DNA of 64,000 nt from assembly GCA_963695095.1 (NCBI GenBank), contig CAVOFT010000001.1, forward strand, positions 2,240,001 through 2,304,000, given 5' to 3'. Within the stretch, counting starts at the first letter, position 1. Each line of letters begins with the position of its first letter. Made by a program: the position numbers and the translations under genes. Positions 29,612 through 39,000 of this stretch are shown piece after piece. The notes beneath the pieces were generated by a model that was not told the DNA's origin, searched no databases, and worked only from the letters and a program-made list of their open reading frames with translations. The DNA comes from an uncultured bacterium (GTDB lineage Bacteria > Krumholzibacteriota > Krumholzibacteriia > JACNKJ01).

Positions 29612-30400
29612 ATGAGCGAGCCCATCATCGACATCCGCGAGGTCATCAAGCTCTACGGCCGCGGTGCGGGCCAGGTGGCTGCGCTGCGCGGCGTCTCCTT
29701 CCAGGTGCAGGCCGGCGAGATGGTGGCGATCATGGGCGCCTCGGGCAGCGGCAAGTCCACCTTGATGAACATCATCGGCTGCCTGGACAAGCCGAGCGCC
29801 GGCCACTACTTCCTCCGCGGTGAGAACGTCGCCCGCCTGGGCCGCGACCAGCTCGCGGTGATCCGCAATCAGCGCATCGGCTTCGTTTTCCAGAGTTTCA
29901 ATCTCCTGGCCCGCACGAGCGCGCTCGAGAACGTGGCCCTGCCGCTCGTCTACAGCGCGGGCAAGGGGGCCGGCGCGGGCATCGAGAAGCGGGCGCGCGC
30001 GAGCCTGGCCCAGGTGGGCCTGGCCGACCGCGCCCACCACGTGCCGAGTCAGCTCTCGGGCGGGCAGCAGCAGCGCGTGGCCGTGGCGAGGGCGCTGGTC
30101 AACGACCCGGCGCTGCTGCTCGCGGACGAGCCCACGGGCAACCTGGACACGCGCACCTCGGTGGAAGTCATGCAGGTCTTCCAGGCCTTGAATGCGAAGG
30201 GCATGACCCTGGCCCTGATCACCCATGAGACGGACATCGCCGAGTACGCGAGCCGGGTGATCGTCCTGCGCGACGGCCTGATCGTGGAAGATCGCCAGAT
30301 CCAGCATCGCCGCGATGCCACGGAGGACCTGCGCCGCCTGCCGGCCGCCGCTGCCGTGCGGCTGCCCGGCCTCGGCGCGGGCGAGGAAGGACACGCATGA
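29612..30400 (+). CDS. MacB/LolD-type ABC transporter ATP-binding protein
   Basis: GASGSGKST, LSGGQQQRVA, LLADEPTGNLD. Confidence 0.95.
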   Translation: MSEPIIDIREVIKLYGRGAGQVAALRGVSFQVQAGEMVAIMGASGSGKSTLMNIIGCLDKPSAGHYFLRGENVARLGRDQLAVIRNQRIGFVFQSFNLLARTSALENVALPLVYSAGKGAGAGIEKRARASLAQVGLADRAHHVPSQLSGGQQQRVAVARALVNDPALLLADEPTGNLDTRTSVEVMQVFQALNAKGMTLALITHETDIAEYASRVIVLRDGLIVEDRQIQHRRDATEDLRRLPAAAAVRLPGLGAGEEGHA

Positions 30401-31614
30401 GGGTCTGGTTGCTCTTCAAGGTGGCCCTGCGCTCGATCGGCCGCAACAAGATGCGCTCGGGGCTGACCGTGCTCGGCATCGTGATCGGCGTCGGCGCCGT
30501 GATCGCAATGATCGGCATCGGCGAGGGCGCCTCCAACCAGGTGCAGTCGCAGATCTCGGCCCTGGGCGACAACCTGATCAACGTCTTCCCGGGCTCCTTC
30601 GCCGGCGGCGGCCGCCACACGGGCGCGGGCAGCATGTCCTCGCTGACCGAGGACGACGCCAAGGCCATCGAGGCGCAGGTGCCCAACATCACGCGGCTCA
30701 GCCCCACGGCCGACTCGCGAGGCATGCTCGTCTACGGCAGCCAGAACTGGTTCACGAACATCCAGGGCGGCGACGCCGACTACTTCGACATCCGCAGCTG
30801 GCCGGTCGTGGCGGGCGCCGGCTTCAATGATTCGGCCGTGCGCAGCGTGGCCAAGGTGGCCGTGATCGGGCAGACCGTGTCGACGCAGCTCTTCCAGGGC
30901 GAGGACCCGATCGGCAAGATCATCCGCGTGCAGAAGATGCCCTTCACGGTGGTCGGCGTCCTCAGTCGGAAGGGCCAGAACAGCTGGGGCCGCGACCAGG
31001 ACGACGTGATCATCGTGCCCTACACGACGGTGATGAAGCGGCTCTCTGGCCAGACCAAGATTTCGATGATCCTCGCCTCGGCCAGCTCGGCCGAGGTGGT
31101 GCCGCAGACAGTGACCAGCATCGAGGAGCTGCTGCGCCAGCGCCACAAGATCGGGCGCGGCGCGGACGACGACTTCACCGTGCGCACCCAGCAGGACATC
31201 GCCAGCGTGATGGGCTCGACCTCGCGCGTGATGCGCATCCTGCTGGCCGCCATCGCCTCGGTGTCGCTCCTGGTCGGCGGCATCGGCATCATGAACATCA
31301 TGCTGGTCTCGGTCACCGAACGCACGCGGGAGATCGGCATCCGCATGGCCGTCGGCGCCAAGGGCTGGCACATCCTGATCCAGTTCCTGGCCGAGGCGGT
31401 GGTGCTGGCCGCATTCGGCGGCCTGGCCGGCATCGGCCTCGGCTTCGGAGCGGCCAAGCTGGTTTCGCATTTCGCGCACTGGCCGATCCTGGTGCCGCCG
31501 GACGCCGTGCTGCTGGCCTTCCTCTTCGCCGCCGCCGTCGGCGTCTTCTTCGGCTTCTGGCCCGCGCGCAAGGCCTCGCGGCTGGATCCCATCGAGGCCC
31601 TGCGCTACGAGTGA
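30397..31614 (+). CDS. MacB-type ABC transporter permease
   Basis: RSGLTVLGIVIGV, GGIGIMNIMLVSVTERTREIGIR, PARKASRLDPIEALRYE. Confidence 0.95.
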   Translation: MRVWLLFKVALRSIGRNKMRSGLTVLGIVIGVGAVIAMIGIGEGASNQVQSQISALGDNLINVFPGSFAGGGRHTGAGSMSSLTEDDAKAIEAQVPNITRLSPTADSRGMLVYGSQNWFTNIQGGDADYFDIRSWPVVAGAGFNDSAVRSVAKVAVIGQTVSTQLFQGEDPIGKIIRVQKMPFTVVGVLSRKGQNSWGRDQDDVIIVPYTTVMKRLSGQTKISMILASASSAEVVPQTVTSIEELLRQRHKIGRGADDDFTVRTQQDIASVMGSTSRVMRILLAAIASVSLLVGGIGIMNIMLVSVTERTREIGIRMAVGAKGWHILIQFLAEAVVLAAFGGLAGIGLGFGAAKLVSHFAHWPILVPPDAVLLAFLFAAAVGVFFGFWPARKASRLDPIEALRYE

Positions 31615-31634
31615 CCCGCCCCCGGGGGCGGGTC
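31613..31634. repeat. Perfect 22-bp palindrome at the permease stop (possible terminator hairpin)
   Basis: GACCCGCCCCCGGGGGCGGGTC equals its own reverse complement; no U-tract follows. Confidence 0.6.
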
Positions 31635-31914
31635 GGCGCTATGCCGGCGCCGGCCGCCCCGGAGCCAGCTGCGGTCCAAGGTGAAGGTGGGCCCGCTGGC
31701 ATCCTCGCGGTCGCCGGCGCCGGAATCCAGAACCTGCCGGGAATCTTGTCCGTCCTCCTTCATTCCCACCGGGGTGAACAACCCGGCCCCGACGGGGCCT
31801 CGACAAGCGGGTTTCGGACCCGATGGAGTGCTGTGCGCGGCGCGCTCGCGCGTGCAATCCCCGACGGAATTGCTACACTATGCGTGAACCTCGCGCGAAG
31901 GAGAGGCCCCGTCC

Positions 31915-32172
31915 ATGAGCGAGCCGAGTCCGCCCGCCGTCACCCGTCGGCTCGATACCCGCGGCAGCTACTGCCCGCGGCCCGTGATCGACACTGACAA
32001 CGCGATGCGCGCGCTCGCCGCGGGCGAGGTGCTCGAAGTGCTGGCCGACGACATCGGGGTCAAGCTCGATCTGCCCGCCTGGTGCCGCGCGCACCGGCAG
32101 CGGCTCATCGCCATCGAGGAGGAGGGCCGGCTGATTCGCGTGCTGATCATGAAGGTCGGTGAAAGCGCATGA
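31915..32172 (+). CDS. TusA/SirA-family sulfur carrier
   Basis: LDTRGSYCPRPVI (CPxP), GEVLEVLADD...DLPAWC. Confidence 0.9.
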   Translation: MSEPSPPAVTRRLDTRGSYCPRPVIDTDNAMRALAAGEVLEVLADDIGVKLDLPAWCRAHRQRLIAIEEEGRLIRVLIMKVGESA

Positions 32173-33299
32173 GCGTGGCTCCGCGCCTGAAGGAAGATGG
32201 TCGGCCGGTCAAGGCCATCGGCCTCATTTCGGGCGGCCTGGACAGCACGCTCGCCGCGCGCGTCCTGGCCGAGCAGGGCGTGCAGGTGCTCGGCGTCAAC
32301 TTCTCGACGGGTTTCTGCCGCAGCGACCACCACCGCGCCATGGGCGCGCTGGGCAAGCGGCAGGACCCCAAGCGCCTGCGCAACGAGGCGCTGCGCGCGG
32401 GGGCCGACCTCGAAATCCCCGTGCGCATCGTGGACCTGGCCGAGGGCTACCTCGAGGTGATTCTGAGGCCCCGCCATGGCTACGGCGCCAACCTCAACCC
32501 CTGCATCGACTGCCGGGCCTACATGCTGAGCGCCGCGCGAGCGCTCATGGTCGAAGAGGGCGCGGACTTCGTCTTCACGGGCGAGGTGCTCGGCCAGCGG
32601 CCGATGAGCCAGCACCTGCAGGCCATGCAGACGATCGAGCGCGAAAGCGGGCTCGAGGGGCTCTTGCTGCGGCCCCTGTCGGCACGTCTCCTGGCCCCCA
32701 CCGAGCCCGAGCGGCGCGGCTGGGTGGACCGCGAAGGGCTGCTGCGCATCCAGGGCCGCACGCGGCGCTTGCAGTACCAGCTTGCCGCGGCCGCGGGGCT
32801 GGACGACATGCCCAACCCGGCCGGCGGCTGCTGCTATCTCACGGATGTCGTCTACGCCTCGCGCTTCGCCGACCTCGTGCTGCACCTGCCGCCCCAGGCT
32901 CGCCCCAGCGAACGCGACATCCTCTTGCTCAAGGTGGGGCGGCACTTCCGCCTGACGCCGGGCATCAAGCTCATCGTGGGCCGCGAGGAGGCCGAGAACA
33001 ACTTCCTCACGCACTTCTTTCCGGAGGGGCCCTTCCTGGAGGCCCCCCAGGTCTCGGGGCCGCTCGGCTTCGTGCACGTTCAGCCGGGCGCCGCGCTGCC
33101 CACCCTCGCCCAGCGCGAGTTGATGGCGGCGATCATCGGCCGCTATGGCAAGGGTCGCGCGGCCGAACTGCTCGACGTGGAGTATCGCCACGCAGGCGCC
33201 AGCGAGATGCTGCGCGTGAAGCCGCTGGCCGAGGAGGCGCCGCTGGACGCCTATCGGATCTCCCAGGACTTCGACGCGAAGGCCGTGCGCGGCCGCTAG
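32169..33299 (+). CDS. PP-loop tRNA thiolase-like protein (ThiI/MnmA-related, no THUMP domain)
   Basis: SGGLDS PP-loop, NPCIDC, TGEVLGQRPMSQ, PAGGCCYL, GRHFR; ATGA overlap with the tusA-like gene. Confidence 0.8.
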   Translation: MSVAPRLKEDGRPVKAIGLISGGLDSTLAARVLAEQGVQVLGVNFSTGFCRSDHHRAMGALGKRQDPKRLRNEALRAGADLEIPVRIVDLAEGYLEVILRPRHGYGANLNPCIDCRAYMLSAARALMVEEGADFVFTGEVLGQRPMSQHLQAMQTIERESGLEGLLLRPLSARLLAPTEPERRGWVDREGLLRIQGRTRRLQYQLAAAAGLDDMPNPAGGCCYLTDVVYASRFADLVLHLPPQARPSERDILLLKVGRHFRLTPGIKLIVGREEAENNFLTHFFPEGPFLEAPQVSGPLGFVHVQPGAALPTLAQRELMAAIIGRYGKGRAAELLDVEYRHAGASEMLRVKPLAEEAPLDAYRISQDFDAKAVRGR

Positions 33300-33340
33300 G
33301 GCCGCTGCCAATCATCCCACCTCCCGCTTCATGCCGCCGA

Positions 33341-35080
33341 CTAGGGAGACCCTTCGCGCGCCCCGCCAGTCGGCCCGGCTTTCGCCATCGCCGCTTCGAA
33401 GTCCCTGAGCGCGATCGCCGCCGCCCCGGGGGACGCCTCGGCTGCCGCCAGCGCCGCGAGCCGCGCGGCCACGGCGCGCACGGTCGCCAGATCCTGCGCG
33501 GCGAGCGCCAGCGCCCCGCGGTCGTAGAGCAGGTCCGGGTCGTCCGGATCGAGGGCGAGCAGCACCTCCATCTCGCGCGTGGCCTGCTGCGGATAGCCCC
33601 ACTGGAAAAGAATCCGCGCCAGCTCGCGCCGACCCGCCTCGCCGCGGCCGAGATAGGTGAAGTCGGTGAGGCCCGCGATCAGGTAGAGCTCGCTCTGCGT
33701 CCACGCAGCCGCGGGCCCGGCCTCGGGGCCGGGCAGTTCGTCCACGAAGCGGAAGCTCGTCACCGCGGGGATGAAGAGCGGCAGCGCCTCCCCCTGGTAG
33801 AGCGCCCGCTCCAGCGGCAGGAACTGGACGCGCCGCCCGCTGGGCTCGGCCCGCAAGCCCACGGCCAGGTCCACGGCCTGGCCCCTCGGCGCCGCGACGA
33901 CCAGCACGTCTCCCGCCGGTGGCCGCTTGGCCTCGCGCAACTCGCGGAGCGCCTCCTTCACCATGGCCCCGTAGCGCAGCATGGGATCGGCCTGCAGCGT
34001 GCCCTCGAGCAAGAGCGCGCTGCGCGCCTGGGTCCGCCAGCCCGTGACGAGCAGGAACAGGATGGGCAGCGCCAGCGCCCAGCGCGCCAGCCCCCGCGGC
34101 AAGCGCTCCAGCCCGGCGGCGGCGAGCAACAGGAGCGGCGCCAGCGGCAGGTACAGATAGTAGAGATAGCTGTGCCGCACGAGCGGCAAGACGGGCGCGA
34201 GGAAGAGCAGGGCGATCAGCGCCGCGGCGGCGATGGCCGGCCGCCAGCTCCGACGCCGCCAGGCGAGCAGCGCGAGCAGGGCGGGCAGCAGCGCCCCCCA
34301 GCGCCAGAGCGCCGGCTCGTACTGCGGCGCCTGATCGGGAAAGGGCACCCAGACGCGCAGCAGCCAGGCGCTGTAGGTGAGCGCGTTCCAGAGGATGTTC
34401 ACCCCGTAGACCGAGGCATAGGGATCCCCGGGCGGCCGCGGCGTCAGCGCTCCGCCCGTATACAGGAGCAGGAAGCCGGGCGCCAGCGCCGCGAGCGCGC
34501 GCAGCCGGCGCGCCCGCGATCTGCCCGCCCCCGTCGGCAGCAGGAGCGCGGCGATGGGCAGCATGAAGGCGGCTTCCTTGCTCAAAATCGCCGCCAGGTA
34601 GAGGACGAGCGCGGCGAGTTCCCAGCGCCGCCCCGGTCGCAGCCAGGCCAGCAGCGCGGCGATGGTGAAGGTGGTCATCAGCACGTCCTGCACGCCGCTG
34701 ATCCAGTGCAGGCAGGTGAAGGCCACGGGCGAAAAGAGGAAGAGCAGCGCGGCGATGAAGGCGCCTCGCTCGCCCAGCCCCAGCCGTCGCGCCAGACGCG
34801 CGAGCAGCCAGGCGTTGGCCGCGTGGAGGAGCAGGATCACCAGGTGGAAGAGCGCCGGCCGTTCGCTGAAGAGCTGCCAGCAGACCGTGAAGAAGACCCG
34901 CACGGAGAGCAGGCGGCGGGTGCCCATGCCCCAGGGCACGAGGCCGTCGGCGCGCATCAGGAAGAGCAGGTCGTCCGAGCTGAAGAAGACGGCGAGGGCC
35001 CCCCGATAGAGGGCCAGCGTCAGGGCCGCGAGCAGCAGGGCAAAGAGCCCTTCCCTCAGCGCGCCGCGGCCGTCGGCCAT
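33341..35080 (-). CDS. TMTC-like GT-C fold membrane protein with C-terminal TPR
   Basis: FFSSDD after TM1, FHLVILLLHAAN, HWISG, LSKE, YLYLP; TPR-like tail LALDPDDPDLLY. Confidence 0.65.
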   Translation of the reverse strand: MADGRGALREGLFALLLAALTLALYRGALAVFFSSDDLLFLMRADGLVPWGMGTRRLLSVRVFFTVCWQLFSERPALFHLVILLLHAANAWLLARLARRLGLGERGAFIAALLFLFSPVAFTCLHWISGVQDVLMTTFTIAALLAWLRPGRRWELAALVLYLAAILSKEAAFMLPIAALLLPTGAGRSRARRLRALAALAPGFLLLYTGGALTPRPPGDPYASVYGVNILWNALTYSAWLLRVWVPFPDQAPQYEPALWRWGALLPALLALLAWRRRSWRPAIAAAALIALLFLAPVLPLVRHSYLYYLYLPLAPLLLLAAAGLERLPRGLARWALALPILFLLVTGWRTQARSALLLEGTLQADPMLRYGAMVKEALRELREAKRPPAGDVLVVAAPRGQAVDLAVGLRAEPSGRRVQFLPLERALYQGEALPLFIPAVTSFRFVDELPGPEAGPAAAWTQSELYLIAGLTDFTYLGRGEAGRRELARILFQWGYPQQATREMEVLLALDPDDPDLLYDRGALALAAQDLATVRAVAARLAALAAAEASPGAAAIALRDFEAAMAKAGPTGGAREGSP

Positions 35081-35081
35081 C

Positions 35082-36026
35082 TCAATCTCCCGCGAGCAGG
35101 GCGGCGGCAAAGAGGCCCGGGTCGAAGGGCGCCAGGTCCTCGAGGGTCTCGCCGAGGCCGACCCAGCGCACGGGAATGCCCAGCTCGCGCCCGATGGCGA
35201 GCACGACGCCGCCCTTCGCCGTGCCGTCGAGCTTGGCGAGCACGATCCCCGTCACCTCGGTGGCCTCCTTGAACACGCGCGACTGCTCGATGGCGTTCTG
35301 GCCCGTGTTGGCGTCGATGACGAGCAGCACCTCCTGCGGCGCGCCGGGCACTTCGCGGCCGATCACGCGGCGGATCTTGGCGAGCTCGGCCATCAGGTGC
35401 GCCTTGTTGTGGAGGCGCCCCGCCGTGTCGATGATGACCACGCCCGCCCCCCGCGCCTTCGCCGCCGCGAGGGCGTCGTGGGCCACGGCCGCCGGGTCGG
35501 CGCCGGGCGCATGCCGCACGATGTCGCAGCCCAAGCGCTCGGCCCAGATCGCGAGCTGGTCCCCCGCCGCGGCGCGGAAGGTATCGGCCGCGGCGAAGAG
35601 CACCTTGCGGCCCGCCTGCTGATGTTGCCAGGCCAGCTTGGCCGCGGTGGTCGTCTTGCCCACGCCGTTGACGCCGACCAGGAGGATCACCCAGGGCGCG
35701 CCGCCGGCCGGCACCGCCGCCGCGCCCGCTGTCTGCGGGTCCAGGCCGGCCAGCTCGGACTCGATGACCTCGCGCAATACCGCCAGCACAGCCGCAAAGT
35801 CATCGCCGCGGGCGCCCGCGGCCGAGAGCCGCTGCCTCGCGCGCTCGCTGACCTCCAGGGCCAGCTCGGCGCCGAGATCCGCTTCGATGAGCAGTTCCTC
35901 GAGTTGCTCGAAGACGGCCGGCGACAGCTCGGCGCGTCCGCCCCCAGGAAAGAGGGTCTCCACGCGCTCGACCAGCTGCGTGCGCGTCTTGCCGAGCCCC
36001 GCCTTCAGCTTGGCGAACAGGTTCAC
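35082..36026 (-). CDS. ftsY: Signal recognition particle receptor FtsY
   Basis: GVNGVGKTTT, DTFRAAA, DTAGRL, KLDGTAKGG. Confidence 0.97.
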   Translation of the reverse strand: MNLFAKLKAGLGKTRTQLVERVETLFPGGGRAELSPAVFEQLEELLIEADLGAELALEVSERARQRLSAAGARGDDFAAVLAVLREVIESELAGLDPQTAGAAAVPAGGAPWVILLVGVNGVGKTTTAAKLAWQHQQAGRKVLFAAADTFRAAAGDQLAIWAERLGCDIVRHAPGADPAAVAHDALAAAKARGAGVVIIDTAGRLHNKAHLMAELAKIRRVIGREVPGAPQEVLLVIDANTGQNAIEQSRVFKEATEVTGIVLAKLDGTAKGGVVLAIGRELGIPVRWVGLGETLEDLAPFDPGLFAAALLAGD

Positions 36027-39000
36027 GAGGCCGCGCCCGCCGCGCGGGCGGCATCGAAGTCGTCCGGCACGTCTTCCAGGGCCACGCTGACCAGCTTGGA
36101 GACGCCGCTCTCTTCCATGGTGACGCCGTAGAGGTGACCCGCCGCCTCCATCGTGCGCTTGTTGTGCGTGATCACCACGAACTGCGTGCGCGCGCTGAAC
36201 TCACGCACGAGCTTGGTGAAGCGCGCGATGTTGGCGTCGTCCAGCGGCGCGTCCACCTCGTCGAAGACGCAGAAGGGACTGGGCTGGCTCAGGTACACGG
36301 CGAAGAGCAGCGCGAGCGCGGTCAGCGTCTTCTCGCCGCTGGATAGGAGCTGCACCGTGCTGATGTTCTTTTCGCGCGGCTTGGCGGTGACCACGATGTC
36401 GCCCTCGAGCGGATCGTCGGGATCCACGGTGAAGGCCAGATCCGCCTCGCCGCCATCGAAGAGCGTCAGGAAGATCTGGATGAAGTTCTCGCGGATCACC
36501 TTGAAGCTCTCGGTGAAGCGCTGCTTTGCCTCGGTGTTGATCGCGCGGATCGTCTCCAGGAGCTGCTCGCGCGCGGCGACGAGGTCCGCCTGCTGCGCGA
36601 GCAAGAACTCGTAGCGCCCGTTCTTCTCGGTGAATTCCTCGAGCGCGAGCAAGTTCACCACGCCCAGGCGCGCCAGCTTCTCCTTGAGCGCACTCACGGC
36701 CTCGGCCAGGCTCTGGCCTTCCGCGGGCGCATAGCCGGCCGGATCCGCGGTGGGGTCGACAGCCGGATCGAGCTCGGCCCCCAGCTCTTCGCGCACGCGC
36801 GTCTGCAAGTCCTCCATCTTGACGCCGAGGGTGCTGATCTCGAGCTCGAGCGCGTGGGCGGCCTGCTCGCTCTCGCGCTGGGCCTCGCGCAGCCGGCGGC
36901 CCTCGGCCTGGCGCTCGCCGGCCGCTTCGCGGAGGCCGGTGATCTCGCCGAGCAGGGCCTCGGCCTCGCCGCGCTTCTCCTCGAGACCACGCCGCTCATT
37001 GCCCAGGCCCTCGCGCAGCGCCTGGGCCCGCTCGCGCAGGCTGAGCACCTGGCCGCGACTCTCGGCCGCCCCGCTCTCGCTGCTCTCGCGACGCGACCAC
37101 TGGCCCGCCAGGTTGCGCTCGAGGTTCTCCTCGCGCAGGCGCAGGTTATCGCGGCGCCCGCGGGCAGCCGTTTTCTCGAGCCGCCGCTCCGTGACGCGGC
37201 CCCGCGCGCCCCCGAGCTCCCGCTCCAGGCGCGCCACTTCGGTCTCGAGAGCCGGCAGGTCGATGGCCTCCCCGGGCTGCTCTTCGCCGAGCTGCGCGAG
37301 CCCGCTTTCGGCGGCGGCCAGCGCCTCGGCGAAGGCCAGGGCCTGGCGCCCCTGCAGCGCGCGCTCGTCGGCTACGGCCTGCGCCTCCTCTTCGCTGCGC
37401 GCGAGGCGCGTCTCCACCCGGGCTCGTTCCGTTTCGCGCTCGGCAAGCCGCGCCCGCGCGGCGGGCAGTTCCGCATCCAGGGCCTCGAGGGCCGCGCGCA
37501 GGCGCCCTTGCGTCTCCTGATGGTCGGCGCGCGCCGCCAGCAGGCGCTCCCGCTGCGGGGCCAGCGCGGCCAGCTCCCGCTCGAGCACGGCGATCTCCTC
37601 GCCGCGGCCCAGCGGCCGACTCTCCTCCGGGCCCGTGCTGCCGCCCGCCACCAGTCCCCGCTGGAAGACGAAGCCCTCGGGCGTGACGATCACCAGCTCC
37701 TCGCCGCCGGGGGCGGCCAGGGCCGCGCGCGCCGTCTCGGCGTCGGGCGCCAGCTGGTGGCGCGCGAGCAAGCGGGCGAGCGCGGCATGCAACTCCGGTG
37801 GGCCGTCGACGAAATCGATCAGCTGCCGGCAGCCTGCGGGGGCGGCCGCCGCCGGTCGAGGCGCCGGGGCGACACCGGCCAGCTCGATGAGCAGGGCGCG
37901 ACCGCCTTCCTCGTCGCGGAGCTGCTCGAGCCAGCTCAGGCCGCGCCCGCCCTTGACGACCAGCGCACCGAGCTCGCGCTCCAGCGCGCACTCGATGGCC
38001 AGGCGGTAGCGATCCTCGACACGCAGCATGTCGCCAAGGGCGCCGACCAGGGCGCTGTCGCCGGCGTGCCGCTCCAGCAGTCGGCGGGTTCCCTCCGGGA
38101 AGCCGGCGCCCTCATCGCGGAGCCGCACGAGCAGCTCGTGGCGCGCCGCGGCCTTCTCGGCTTTCAGGTCCAGCTCCCGGAGAAGGGCTTCCACTTCGAG
38201 ACGGCCGGTCTCGTTCTGCTCGCGCTCGGCGCGCAGCGAGGCCAGGCGACTCTGCAAGCCGAGCAGCGTGGCGGCCGCCGCCGCCTCGCTCTGCCTGAGC
38301 CCACCCAGCTCCCCCTCGCGCTGCGCGCTCTGCGCAGCCAGGCTCTCGGCCTCCGCCTCGAGTTCGAGCTGCCGGCGCTGACCGGCTGCCAGGCGCTCGC
38401 GCAAGCGCTCCACCTCGCCGCCGGTCTCCGCGCGCTGCCGCGCGAAGTCGAGCTGGAGCTGTTTCTCGCGCGTGAGCAGGCCCCGGCGCTCGCCGAAGCG
38501 GGTCTCCAGGTCGCCCAGGTCGGCCTCGGCGGCGGCGAGCTCCCCCTCCAGGCGCTCGGCGAGCGCTTCGAGCTCGCTGCGCTCGGCCTCCAAGTCCCGG
38601 CGCTCGATCTCCAGGCGGGCGATGGCCTCGGCGGCCAGGCGAGCCTCCTGCTCGAGCTGGGCGACCTGCCGCTCCTCGGCGCGGGCGCGCTCGTCGAGCA
38701 CCGCCAGCTCCTCCTCGCGGCTGCGGTAGGCGCCCGTGGCCTCGTCCAGGGCGTCGCGGCGGCGCTTGTACTCCTCCTCGCGCGCGACGAGCTCCAGCTG
38801 CTGGGCGGCCAGGGCCGCTTCCAGGCTCGCCACGCGGGCTTCGCTCTCGCGGCTCGCATCGCTGACGCCCTCCTGGCGGCGCCGCAGCTCGCGCTGGCGC
38901 TGCCAGTAGCCGTGGAGCTGGGCGGCGGCGAGCTGGCGCTCGGCGGCGGTCAGCTCTTCTTTCACGCGCTGGTAGCTGCGCGCGCGGCTCACCTGCACTT

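Noticed and set aside
28271..31614. MacAB-type exporter without an adjacent TolC
   Set aside because: A common arrangement; the outer-membrane channel is often encoded elsewhere.
31720..31745. CCAGAACCTGCC resembling the 3' box of a cobalamin riboswitch
   Set aside because: The upstream conserved B12-element motifs are absent and no B12-related gene follows.
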